This document shows, in pieces, positions 27,484 to 36,695 of a stretch of 64,000 nt of DNA. Position numbers and translations under genes: made by a program. Where the stretch lies: the NCBI GenBank assembly GCA_903821905.1, contig CAIJMQ010000001.1, positions 2,267 through 66,266 on the forward strand. The letters run 5' to 3'. The notes below the pieces were generated by a model, which was not told the DNA's origin, did no database searches, and was given only the letters and a program-made list of their open reading frames with translations. This stretch comes from an uncultured bacterium (GTDB lineage Bacteria > CAIJMQ01). Numbering within the stretch: the first letter of the stretch is position 1; each line of letters opens with the position of its first letter.

Positions 27484-28155
27484 ATGAAAATTATTCAGCC
27501 AAGAGAAGGCGAAACGTTTGATATTGAGTTGGAAGAATCGCTACTTTCTAAGAATAGAGAGTTGGCTGATAATAATAGAAAAATCTTAGATGAAAATGAA
27601 ATCATTGCGATAGATGTTATGGGTTCTATCGGCTCAGGCAAGACATCTCTTATCAAGAATTTAATCAAAGGACTTAAAGCTGGACATAGAATTGGTGTAA
27701 TTGCCGGTGACCTTACTACTGAAATAGATGCGGAAAGGCTAAGAGAAGGAAGCACTCAAGTTTTGCAGGTTAATACGGGCAAAGAATGTCATCTGGATGC
27801 AAATCTTATAAAAAGAGCTTTAGAAAACATTAAACTGAAAGAAATTGATATATTGTTTATAGAGAATGTTGGTAATCTTATATGTCCTGCGGAATTTCCT
27901 CTAGGCGCTCATAAAAGATTAGTTGTCATTTCAGTTACAGAAGGCCCTTATATGGTTGTAAAACATCCATTTATATTCAGAGAAGCAGATATTGTTGTAA
28001 TCAATAAGATTGACCTTCAGGTTCAAATGGGTGTTTCTGCGGCTAAGCTAAAAGAAGATGTGTTAAAGATAAACAAAAAAGCCAAGGTTGTTCTTACGAA
28101 TTGTGTAACTGGAGAAGGTGTTAAAGAGATTATCAAATGCATGAACTTTCAGTAG
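27484..28155 (+). CDS. hypB: Hydrogenase nickel-incorporation GTPase HypB. It lacks a His-rich N-terminus.
   Basis: P-loop GSIGSGKTSLI, ENVGNLICP and NKIDL G-motifs. Confidence 0.9.
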   Translation: MKIIQPREGETFDIELEESLLSKNRELADNNRKILDENEIIAIDVMGSIGSGKTSLIKNLIKGLKAGHRIGVIAGDLTTEIDAERLREGSTQVLQVNTGKECHLDANLIKRALENIKLKEIDILFIENVGNLICPAEFPLGAHKRLVVISVTEGPYMVVKHPFIFREADIVVINKIDLQVQMGVSAAKLKEDVLKINKKAKVVLTNCVTGEGVKEIIKCMNFQ

Positions 28156-28505
28156 CAAATCAGATAGTTGAACGAGCTTTAGAAGTAGCCAAAGAAAAGA
28201 AAGCAAAAAAGATTAAAAGTATAGAACTTGCTGTGGGGGAATTAAGTTTGCTTGGAGAAGAACAGTTAAAGTTCTGGGTGAAAGAAATACTTAAGAGTAA
28301 AGAGATTGGTAAAGATGTACAGATAAAGGTAAATTCAGTTAAAGCGAAGATAAAATGTAAGAAATGCGGATATGAGGGGAATTTGAAGCCAGCCAATCAA
28401 GACCATTTCCAGCCCGTGTTTTTCTGCCCGGATTGCGGAGAAAGTGATATTCAAATAGAGGGAGGCAGAGATTGCGTAATAAAAAAGGTACAAGTACAAA
28501 TATAA
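28137..28505 (+). CDS. hypA: Hydrogenase nickel-insertion metallochaperone HypA.
   Basis: N-terminal MHELS and zinc-ribbon CKKCG...CPDCG. 122 aa. It overlaps hypB by 19 nt. Confidence 0.9.
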   Translation: MHELSVANQIVERALEVAKEKKAKKIKSIELAVGELSLLGEEQLKFWVKEILKSKEIGKDVQIKVNSVKAKIKCKKCGYEGNLKPANQDHFQPVFFCPDCGESDIQIEGGRDCVIKKVQVQI

Positions 28506-29515
28506 GACGGGTTCTTCTTGCTCACGGTGACGGCGGGAAGTTAATGCACCAGCTTATAGAAGAAGTCTTCAGAAAAAAATTCAATAACGAAATATTAAAT
28601 GAGCTGAATGATTCTGCGGTTATTAAGTCATTTCTTCCTAAAAATTCAAAGCTCTCTTTTACGACAGATTCTTATGTAGTAAATCCTCTCTTTTTCCCGG
28701 GCGGAGATATAGGAAAACTTGCAATATGCGGCACGATAAATGACTTGGCGGTTACAGGTGCAAAACCTTTATACATATCCTCTGCTTTTATAATCGAAGA
28801 AGGTTTGGAATATAAAATCTTAGAAAAAATAACCGATTCTATGGCGAGAATTGCCAGACAAGAGAATGTGAAGATTGTTACTGGTGATGTTAAAGTTGTA
28901 GAAAAGGGCAGTGCTGATAAGCTCTTTATCAATACTTCTGGTATAGGTGTCATAGGTAAAGACATTAATCTTTCCCAAAAAACAATAGTTGCAGGAGACA
29001 AAGTCATTGTAAGCGGTTCGATTGGTGAACACGGTTTAGCTATTTTGTCTGCAAGAGGTAACTTCGATTTTCAAAGCAAAACAAGAAGCGATTGCGCATC
29101 TTTGGCGGGTCTTATTGCACAAATGCTCAAAACTTCAAAAAACATAAAATTCATGCGCGACCCTACAAGAGGTGGTTTGGCTACTACATTAAACGAAATA
29201 GTTGGAGGAATGGATTTCGGGATTTCAATAAATGAAAAAGATGTCCCAATAAAAGAAGAAGTTAAAGCCATTTGTGAGATTCTTGGATTCGATCCTTTGT
29301 ATATGGCAAATGAGGGTAAAATTGTTGCGATTGTGTCCAATAAAGATGCTGATACGATATTGAAAGCTATGCGTAACCACCCATTAGGTAAGAATAGCCG
29401 GATCATAGGTGAAGTTATCAAAACTCCAAAGCAAAAAGTCATATCAAAAACAAAAATTGGTGGTACACGAATAATAGAAATGCTAACTTCTGCCCAGTTG
29501 CCGCGAATTTGTTGA
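28472..29515 (+). CDS. hypE: Hydrogenase maturation factor HypE (AIR-synthase-like carbamoyl dehydratase).
   Basis: LAHGDGG near the N-terminus, PurM-like fold motifs, and the invariant C-terminal PRIC. Confidence 0.9.
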   Translation: MRNKKGTSTNIRRVLLAHGDGGKLMHQLIEEVFRKKFNNEILNELNDSAVIKSFLPKNSKLSFTTDSYVVNPLFFPGGDIGKLAICGTINDLAVTGAKPLYISSAFIIEEGLEYKILEKITDSMARIARQENVKIVTGDVKVVEKGSADKLFINTSGIGVIGKDINLSQKTIVAGDKVIVSGSIGEHGLAILSARGNFDFQSKTRSDCASLAGLIAQMLKTSKNIKFMRDPTRGGLATTLNEIVGGMDFGISINEKDVPIKEEVKAICEILGFDPLYMANEGKIVAIVSNKDADTILKAMRNHPLGKNSRIIGEVIKTPKQKVISKTKIGGTRIIEMLTSAQLPRIC

Positions 29516-29586
29516 TTTTCTTTTTTAATCTCCCAAAATGATATGCGGAGCTTTTTTCTGTATAATTAATATCGGAGTAATTCAAT

Positions 29587-30318
29587 ATGCAGAGGGAATC
29601 TACTAAATTAACAATAAAAGGTTTTATTCGGAACTCACTTCTTGACTGGGACGGGAAGATTGTATCAACCCTTTATACGCCAAACTGCAATTTCCGCTGT
29701 CCGTTTTGTCAGAATGCTGAGCTTGTCCTAACTCCCGAGAAATTAGAAACTATTCCTCTGGAAGTAATTGGAGAATATCTAAAGAACAATAAAGGATGGG
29801 TCGATGGGGTATGTATAACCGGTGGGGAACCCTGCATGTATAAAGATTTGCCTGAATTCATTAGAGAAATCCGTAAACTCAATATGTTGATTAAACTAGA
29901 TACAAATGGGGGATTCCCTGTTTTACTTCAGGATATAATCGAGAAGAAATTAGTGGATTATGTAGCTTTGGATATAAAAGCGCCTTTGGATTTAGCATCA
30001 TATTCAAAAGTGGTTGGTGTAAATAATCCCAAAGTTTTGGAGAATGTTAAAGACAGTATAAAATTAATAATGGATTCCGGTATAGATTATGAATTCAGAA
30101 CTACAGTTGTTCCGACTTTGCACGAAGAGAAAGATATAGAACAGATAGCTAAATTTATCAAAGGAGCAAAGAAGTACGCTCTTCAAAATTTTTCTACCCA
30201 GGGGGAAATATTAGACCCGAAATTTAAGGATATTAAACCTTATCACATAGAAATTTTATATAGAATACAGAGGATAGTATCTGTCTATGTAAAGAAATGT
30301 GTTGTTAGAGGAAGCTGA
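29587..30318 (+). CDS. Small radical-SAM activating enzyme (NrdG/PflA-like activase family, TIGR02495-like pattern).
   Basis: The N-terminal region reads LLDWDGKIVSTLYTPNCNFRCPFCQN (CxxxCxxC). ITGGEP is present. 243 aa. No glycyl-radical partner is present in the window. Confidence 0.6.
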   Translation: MQRESTKLTIKGFIRNSLLDWDGKIVSTLYTPNCNFRCPFCQNAELVLTPEKLETIPLEVIGEYLKNNKGWVDGVCITGGEPCMYKDLPEFIREIRKLNMLIKLDTNGGFPVLLQDIIEKKLVDYVALDIKAPLDLASYSKVVGVNNPKVLENVKDSIKLIMDSGIDYEFRTTVVPTLHEEKDIEQIAKFIKGAKKYALQNFSTQGEILDPKFKDIKPYHIEILYRIQRIVSVYVKKCVVRGS

Positions 30319-30323
30319 CAATA

Positions 30324-31208
30324 ATGAAAACTTTAATAAAAAATAAACTGCCCAAAGTAAGGTTGTCTTCTGATATGAGAGGATATGAAAACATGCTGGA
30401 TATGATACGAGAAAAAAGCTTGAACACGGTATGCCAGGAGGCAGATTGTCCGAATATATTTAATTGTTTTTCAAAGGGCACTTTAACATTTATGATTCTC
30501 GGAGATATCTGTACGAGGAATTGTTCTTACTGCAATGTTAAAACGGGAAGTCCTTTACCTTTGGATGAAAATGAGCCAAAGAAAATTGCAGGTGTGATTA
30601 AGGAACTTGCACTAGATTATGTAGTTATTACATGTGTAACAAGGGATGATTTGAAAGATGGTGGTGCAAGTGTTTTTGCTGAAACAGTCAGAGAAATAAA
30701 AAATAGGAATCCTGAGTGTAAAGTTGAATTATTGATCTCAGATTTAAATGGTAATGAGAATGCTTTGAAGGTAGTTATAGGTGCAAATCCCGCAGTAATA
30801 GGTCATAATATTGAAGTTGCAAGAGAACTTTTTCCTCAAATGAGGCCACATGGAGATTACGAAAGGTCGATAGATTTGCTTAAAAATCTTAAAAAATATG
30901 ACCCGGATATCATAACAAAATCAGGGATAATGGTAGGGTTGGGCGAAACACAGGAAGAAATAATCCGGACCATTAAAGATATAAAAAATACAGATTGCGA
31001 TATAATAACGATAGGGCAATATCTTGCTCCAAGTGCGAAGCATGCTTTAGTAAAGAAATTTTATAGTATGGAAGGATTTTCTTTCTTTAAAAAATTAGGA
31101 GAATCACTAGGTTTTAAATGTGTAGAATCCGGATCATTAGTGAGAAGTTCATTTAATGCGAGTCAATCTTATGAAAAGATAAGGAGAAAAATATGCGCCG
31201 TTTCTTAA
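30324..31208 (+). CDS. lipA: Lipoyl synthase LipA.
   Basis: Auxiliary-cluster motif CQEADCPNIFNCF and the radical-SAM cluster CTRNCSYC. VVITCVTRDD and the C-terminal RSS region are present. Confidence 0.9.
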   Translation: MKTLIKNKLPKVRLSSDMRGYENMLDMIREKSLNTVCQEADCPNIFNCFSKGTLTFMILGDICTRNCSYCNVKTGSPLPLDENEPKKIAGVIKELALDYVVITCVTRDDLKDGGASVFAETVREIKNRNPECKVELLISDLNGNENALKVVIGANPAVIGHNIEVARELFPQMRPHGDYERSIDLLKNLKKYDPDIITKSGIMVGLGETQEEIIRTIKDIKNTDCDIITIGQYLAPSAKHALVKKFYSMEGFSFFKKLGESLGFKCVESGSLVRSSFNASQSYEKIRRKICAVS

Positions 31209-32005
31209 AAGGAAGAGATAAGTCGGGAATAGAAGCAGCAAGAAAAGCAGGCAAGATCCTTATTGAAAATTTTAATAAAATCCACAAAATCAGCAAAAAA
31301 GCGGATGGTACTCTGGTTACAGATGTTGATTTGAAGATGGAAAAACAAATTGTAAATATAATCCGAAGAAAATTCTCGGGTGACGAGATACTTTCAGAGG
31401 AAAACGCATATCCTGTAAAAGGGGCTCATTATAAATGGATAATTGACCCGCTGGACGGAACACACAATTATATCCGCGGTGTAAACATAGTAGGTATTTC
31501 AATTGCACTTGCCTTCAATAAGGAAATTGTAATGGGGATTATATATATGCCGTTTACAGAAGAACTTTATTTTGCTTCCAAAGGGGAAGGTTCATATCTG
31601 AATGGCAAAAAAATATATGTGTCCAATAAAACCCTTAGAGAAACTACTCTTATTTATGATAGTAATGTAATAAATGAGCAGACTGAGGTTATGCTTCAGC
31701 ATCTAAAAAAACTTAAGAACAAAGTTTTTATTATTATGAGAATGTTCGGTTCTACAGCGAGAAGTCTTTCTTATATTGCTGAAGGTAAAGCCGATTTAGA
31801 AATAGAATACACGGACAAGGTATGGGATTTCGCAGCAGGGGCTTTACTAATAGAAGAAGCGGGCGGAAAATTTACCAACCACAAAGGTAAGCATTGGGAT
31901 ATAAACAATACGGATTACATAGCTTCAAACGGACTTATACACAATGAAGTTTTAAAAATAATAAATAATCATTCAAAAGATTTACAAAGTGGTGAGATAT
32001 GTTAA
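31193..32005 (+). CDS. Inositol-monophosphatase-family phosphatase (SuhB/CysQ-like).
   Basis: The WIIDPLDGTHNYIRG metal-binding motif and the WDxAAG region. Confidence 0.8.
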   Translation: MRRFLKGRDKSGIEAARKAGKILIENFNKIHKISKKADGTLVTDVDLKMEKQIVNIIRRKFSGDEILSEENAYPVKGAHYKWIIDPLDGTHNYIRGVNIVGISIALAFNKEIVMGIIYMPFTEELYFASKGEGSYLNGKKIYVSNKTLRETTLIYDSNVINEQTEVMLQHLKKLKNKVFIIMRMFGSTARSLSYIAEGKADLEIEYTDKVWDFAAGALLIEEAGGKFTNHKGKHWDINNTDYIASNGLIHNEVLKIINNHSKDLQSGEIC

Positions 32006-32565
32006 AGTATTTCGATATGGTAAAAAAATCTATCTTTATTTTCTTGATTGTTGGTCTTATTGCCGGATGTTCTGGAGGAGAACCTTCCAATACAACCAGT
32101 GAAAACCAGGAAAATATTCCTCCGTTGTTAAAGAGACCGGAATCATTTGGAAGTGCATCCGATTTTACAACAGTTAAAATAGGTGGGGGGGAATTCAAAC
32201 TCTCATCTTTGCAAGGTAAAGTGATTCTCCTTAATTTTTGGGCTGTAGGGTGTGGTATATGTAAAATGCAGATACCAATTCTTGTAGAACTTTATAAGCA
32301 ATATAACAGTGAAGGATTAGAGGTTGTAGGGGTTTGTTTAGACCGTGAATCTATAGCTAAAAGTTATGCTGGATCAATGCATATGGAATATACATTGGTT
32401 TTGGTTAATCGGGAAATTGCAAATAAATATCGTGAGGTACGAGGTATTCCAATGACTTTTATCATTGATCGTCAAGGTAATATTTTGGAAAAACATATTG
32501 GTTATACTACTAAGAGTAAGTTTGAGGAAGAAATTAAAAAACTCCTTAACAATAAAGATAAGTAA
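31999..32565 (+). CDS. TlpA/ResA-like thiol:disulfide oxidoreductase (thioredoxin fold), predicted lipoprotein.
   Basis: Lipobox LIAGC. Active site WAVGCGICK (CxxC) within a thioredoxin-like fold. Confidence 0.7.
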   Translation: MLKYFDMVKKSIFIFLIVGLIAGCSGGEPSNTTSENQENIPPLLKRPESFGSASDFTTVKIGGGEFKLSSLQGKVILLNFWAVGCGICKMQIPILVELYKQYNSEGLEVVGVCLDRESIAKSYAGSMHMEYTLVLVNREIANKYREVRGIPMTFIIDRQGNILEKHIGYTTKSKFEEEIKKLLNNKDK

Positions 32566-32573
32566 CTTATCAT

Positions 32574-33338
32574 ATGCAGGAAATATCTCTTTTTATTGCT
32601 TTCGGAGCCGGACTTTTGTCATTTTTTGCACCCTGCGTATTGCCGTTGATTCCAAGCTATATATGTTTTATCACCGGTCTTTCTCTTGATGAACTTCGAG
32701 AAAGCGAAACCCGAGACAGAAAAACTCAAAATCTTAAGAGAATATTTTTACAGACAGTTCTCTTTGTCTTAGGATTCTCTTTTGTGTTTGTTTCTTTAGG
32801 GGCAATGGTTTCTGTTTTAGGTGGTTTTCTTTTTACATATGAGAAAGTAATCGGAATAATTGGCGGTTGTATAGTTATTGTCTTGGGATTACATGTTGCA
32901 GGAGTTTTTAATATTAAAAGTCTTGAATATGAGAAAAAAATACATCTGAGAAATAAACCTGTCAATATGTTCGGTTCTTTTATAGTTGGATTGGTTTTTG
33001 CCCTTGGCTGGACACCGTGTATAGGTCCTGCATTGGCAGCAATTTTCGCTTTAGCCGGAGCAGAAAAAACATTAGTTAAAGGCATAGTGCTTTTGAGCGC
33101 TTATTCTCTCGGTTTAGGTATTCCTTTTGTTTTGACAGGTTTAGCATTAAATGTGTTTTTTAATGTATTTGATAAAATAAAGAAGTATCTCAAAATAATT
33201 ACTATAATAAGCGGATTACTGCTTATAGTAATTGGAATCCTGATTGTATTCGGTTGGCCAAGGGTTTCCGTAATTGAGATTATTTTATTAGTTAAAGACC
33301 AAATATTGATTATATTCAATTGGCTAAGAACTTTTTAA
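32574..33338 (+). CDS. ccdA: Cytochrome c-type biogenesis / thiol-disulfide electron-transfer membrane protein CcdA (DsbD beta-domain family).
   Basis: Polytopic membrane protein with conserved Cys in TM1 (FFAPCVLPLIP) and TM4 (WTPCIGP). Confidence 0.85.
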   Translation: MQEISLFIAFGAGLLSFFAPCVLPLIPSYICFITGLSLDELRESETRDRKTQNLKRIFLQTVLFVLGFSFVFVSLGAMVSVLGGFLFTYEKVIGIIGGCIVIVLGLHVAGVFNIKSLEYEKKIHLRNKPVNMFGSFIVGLVFALGWTPCIGPALAAIFALAGAEKTLVKGIVLLSAYSLGLGIPFVLTGLALNVFFNVFDKIKKYLKIITIISGLLLIVIGILIVFGWPRVSVIEIILLVKDQILIIFNWLRTF

Positions 33339-33355
33339 GAAAGGAGGGATTTAAA

Positions 33356-33694
33356 ATGGCAAAAGGAAAATCAATTGAAGTGAATGATACGAACTTTGAG
33401 GTAGAAGTGATTAACTCCGAAATTCCTGTATTGGTGGATTTTTGGGCTCCGTGGTGTGGAGCTTGTCGGACTGCCGGTCCTATCATAGAAAAATTAGCCG
33501 GAGAATATGATGGTAAGGTAAAAGTATGCAAACTGAGTGTTGATGACGGCGGGCAGACAGCTACGAAATATTCGGTTATGAGCATACCCACCATAATTCT
33601 ATTCGAAAATGGAAAAGTTGTAGACCAAGTTGTTGGAGTTATGCCGAGTTTTGAATCTGATATTAAAGGAAAAATAGACTCGATTATTAAATAA
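33356..33694 (+). CDS. trxA: Thioredoxin.
   Basis: WCGACR active site (FWAPWCGACR). 112 aa. The SD AAAGGAGGG precedes the ATG at 33356. Confidence 0.9.
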   Translation: MAKGKSIEVNDTNFEVEVINSEIPVLVDFWAPWCGACRTAGPIIEKLAGEYDGKVKVCKLSVDDGGQTATKYSVMSIPTIILFENGKVVDQVVGVMPSFESDIKGKIDSIIK

Positions 33695-33713
33695 TAATAG
33701 AAAGTCATTTCAC

Positions 33714-34655
33714 ATGGTTAAGAATACATATGATGTCATTATTATAGGCGGAGGGCCGGCAGGTTTGACTGCCGGAATATATACCTCCAGAGATAGATTA
33801 AAAACTCTTCTCTTGGAAAAAGCAATCTGTGGAGGTCTTGTTGCTACTGCAGATTCTATTGAGAACTATCCTGGGTTTCCAGATGGCATTAAAGGCAAAG
33901 ACTTATTGCTCAAGTTTAAAAAACAAGCCGAAGAATTCGGAACAGAGGTTAAAGAACTAGAAGGAGTTAAGAGTATTAAACAAGAAAATGGAAAAATAAA
34001 AGTCCAGACAAATAAAGAAGAATATAATACTCATTCATTAATAGTGGCATCCGGAAGTATACCCAAAAGTTTGGGAATACCGGGTGAAAAGGAACTTCTT
34101 GGTAGAGGGGTTTCGTATTGTGTGATTTGTGACGGTCCTTTTTTCAAAGATAAAGATGTTGTTGTAGTAGGTTGTGGTAATTCAGGATTACAAGAAGGTG
34201 AAGCATTGCTAAAGTTTGTAAAAAGTGTAACATTTGTAGAGTTTTTACCTTACATGAAAGCTGCAAAAATATTGCAAGAACGGCTCCAGAAAAATAAAAA
34301 AGCGACATTTTTACTAAACCACAAGATTACTTCTATAAACGGTAAAAATATAGTGGATTCCATTACTGTAAAGAACCGTGAAACTAATGAAGAAAAAAAA
34401 CTTCAGGTTGCAGGTGTCTTCATGTATGTAGGGTTTTTACCAAATTCCAAATTTTTAGAAGGTGTTGTTAAATTGGACAATACAGGATATATCAAAACGA
34501 ACGAAAGAATGGAGACATCTGTCCCCGGCATATATGCGATAGGTGATATCCGTTCAAAAGAAGTCCGCCAGATAGATGTTGCCTGCGGTGAAGCCACTGT
34601 TGCAGCTGTATCTATTCAATATTATTTGGAAGAAATGAAGACTAAGACAAAATGA
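33714..34655 (+). CDS. trxB: Thioredoxin-disulfide reductase.
   Basis: FAD motif VIIIGGGPAGLTAG, redox-active CVICDG, and NADPH motif GCGNSG. Confidence 0.9.
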   Translation: MVKNTYDVIIIGGGPAGLTAGIYTSRDRLKTLLLEKAICGGLVATADSIENYPGFPDGIKGKDLLLKFKKQAEEFGTEVKELEGVKSIKQENGKIKVQTNKEEYNTHSLIVASGSIPKSLGIPGEKELLGRGVSYCVICDGPFFKDKDVVVVGCGNSGLQEGEALLKFVKSVTFVEFLPYMKAAKILQERLQKNKKATFLLNHKITSINGKNIVDSITVKNRETNEEKKLQVAGVFMYVGFLPNSKFLEGVVKLDNTGYIKTNERMETSVPGIYAIGDIRSKEVRQIDVACGEATVAAVSIQYYLEEMKTKTK

Positions 34656-34710
34656 ATATTAGGGAAGGAGCATTTGTAAGATTGAGAATTGCTAGAAAGG
34701 AGTTGTACAA

Positions 34711-35622
34711 ATGAAGAACGTGAAATGTGTATTTGACATCATAGCAATTGGTTTTTGTCTTTTATTCATTAGCATACGCATATCAGCCGCAGATTTACCG
34801 CAACCTGTCTCACAATCTATCTGGCCTACCCTGAATCCAACGCAGTGGTACTGGTATGAGCCGGAGGTAAATCTTACTGTCGAACAGGTCGATACCATAT
34901 TCAAGAACGTAGTCGCTACCAAAATTTCCCTCTTTGACTCCCGGTATTCCAATGTGGTGTTCAGTGTAGAAAATATCCAACCATCTATTGAAAAACCGAA
35001 GGAGACTAAAAAAGACTACACCGTTGAACCTTGGAAGTCAGCAAGTATCAGAGTTAAAACTTACTGCACGAGTACTACGGGGAATACTGCGGCGAATGGT
35101 CCTTACACTATTTTGATGCCTTTGGATGACATCCAGAAAATGTTCCTGTATTATCTCTCAAATGCCAATAATAGCCAGTGGCTTATGAGAATAGCCGCCG
35201 CTGACTCTTCAAAAGACTTTTACTTTAAAGATGAAGATTCTGCGCGCAAATTCGGGAGTGCGGTTGCTTCTGTTCTCACGCAAAAAGGCTTCAGCCTAAA
35301 GTTTCACAAACTCGGATTATCCACAGCGGACCTTACTCCTGCGCAGGCAGAGGCGTTAGGAAAGACAAGGATCGATAATGTTTTAGTCACGCTTGTTGCC
35401 ATTGACGGACCTGCAGACAAGGCTGGTATCCAGCCTTTAGATGTTATCACTGATGTTAACAGCGTCAAGGTAAAAAATTACTCCTATTTCAATTCACTTA
35501 TCGAAGGCATTGCTTCTGGCACAAAGGTCACACTTACCTGTCTGCGACGCACAGAGATTGTGGAGAAAGACCAAAAACAGTTTGTCTGGAAGCCAACCGT
35601 GATTGAGGTGACAGCAAAATAA
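34711..35622 (+). CDS. Secreted protein with a C-terminal PDZ domain.
   Basis: Signal peptide. A PDZ-like segment (VTLVAIDGPADKAGIQPLDVITDVNSVKV) lies near the C-terminus. Confidence 0.5.
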   Translation: MKNVKCVFDIIAIGFCLLFISIRISAADLPQPVSQSIWPTLNPTQWYWYEPEVNLTVEQVDTIFKNVVATKISLFDSRYSNVVFSVENIQPSIEKPKETKKDYTVEPWKSASIRVKTYCTSTTGNTAANGPYTILMPLDDIQKMFLYYLSNANNSQWLMRIAAADSSKDFYFKDEDSARKFGSAVASVLTQKGFSLKFHKLGLSTADLTPAQAEALGKTRIDNVLVTLVAIDGPADKAGIQPLDVITDVNSVKVKNYSYFNSLIEGIASGTKVTLTCLRRTEIVEKDQKQFVWKPTVIEVTAK

Positions 35623-35699
35623 CTGCCCCAGTTTAATAAACAACTGCAACACTGGTTTTGAGTTTCACATATGACATTTTCCCCTCTTTATTCTCCTAT

Positions 35700-36692
35700 T
35701 TAATATGAGTTTTTTGAAGTGGGGATTAGATGGCATGCAACGAAATGGTTTTTATTCTTTTCTTCAAGTTGCGGCTCTTCTTCCGAACATCTCTTTTCTG
35801 CAATCGGACATCTTGGATGAAATCTGCAGCCAGAGGGAGGATTTGAGGGAGAAGGAACATCTCCTTTTAATATTGTCCGTTTTTCTTTCAGTATTCCTGC
35901 GCGGGGTATTGCCGATATCAATGCTTTTGTGTAAGGATGAAGTGGTTTATTTATTATAGTTGAAGTATCTGCATATTCCACAATCTTTCCAAGATACATT
36001 ACCGCTGTCCTGTCAGCTATGTTACTGACAATACTCAAATCGTGCGAAATAAATAGATAAGATAACTTATGTTCATTTCTTAATTCTATAAGCAAATTGA
36101 TAACCTGTGCCTGGATAGAAACATCTAAGGCACTTACCGCTTCATCACATATCACCAAACCCGGTTTTGTTGAAATTGCACGCGCAATACTGATTCTTTG
36201 TCTCTGTCCGCCCGAGAATTCGTGAGGATAACGGTGTAGTGCATCCGCATCCATTGCTACATTGTTAAGTAATTGCAGGGCTTCTTCTTTTTTTTGCCGA
36301 AGGTGAATCACACGGTGTTCAATCAATCCTTCAGTCAATATATCCATAACAGTCATTCTGGGATTTAGGGAAGAAAAAGGGTCCTGGAATATTATTTGTA
36401 TTTTGTTCCTTAATAAACGTATATTTTTTTCATCCTTGGTTAAAATATCATTTCCTTCAAATAATATGGAGCCCGATTTTGCCTGGTCCAGCCTTACGAT
36501 TGTTCTGGCAAGTGTGGTTTTTCCGCAACCTGATTCACCTACTAAACCTAAAGTTTCTCCCTGATGGATCTCAAGATTTACACCGTCTACAGCACGTATA
36601 TATCCGACTGTTCTGGATAAAATTCCCCGGCGGATTGGGAAATAAGTCTTAAGATTATTAATATCAAGAATCGGCTTATTAAAGTTTTCCAT
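35700..36692 (-). CDS. oppF: Oligopeptide/dipeptide ABC transporter ATP-binding protein (OppF/DppF-like).
   Basis: Walker A GESGCGKTT, signature LSGGQRQR, Walker B ICDEAVSALD. A C-terminal oligopeptide-transporter extension is present. Confidence 0.85.
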   Translation of the reverse strand: MENFNKPILDINNLKTYFPIRRGILSRTVGYIRAVDGVNLEIHQGETLGLVGESGCGKTTLARTIVRLDQAKSGSILFEGNDILTKDEKNIRLLRNKIQIIFQDPFSSLNPRMTVMDILTEGLIEHRVIHLRQKKEEALQLLNNVAMDADALHRYPHEFSGGQRQRISIARAISTKPGLVICDEAVSALDVSIQAQVINLLIELRNEHKLSYLFISHDLSIVSNIADRTAVMYLGKIVEYADTSTIINKPLHPYTKALISAIPRAGILKEKRTILKGDVPSPSNPPSGCRFHPRCPIAEKRCSEEEPQLEEKNKNHFVACHLIPTSKNSY

Positions 36693-36695
36693 TTT

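Noticed and set aside
29587-30318. Radical-SAM gene after hypE as a [FeFe]-hydrogenase maturase (HydE/HydG).
   Set aside because: Only 243 aa, whereas HydE and HydG are about 350-470 aa. Its N-terminal pattern matches the short NrdG/PflA-type activases. No hydA [FeFe] or hydF is present.
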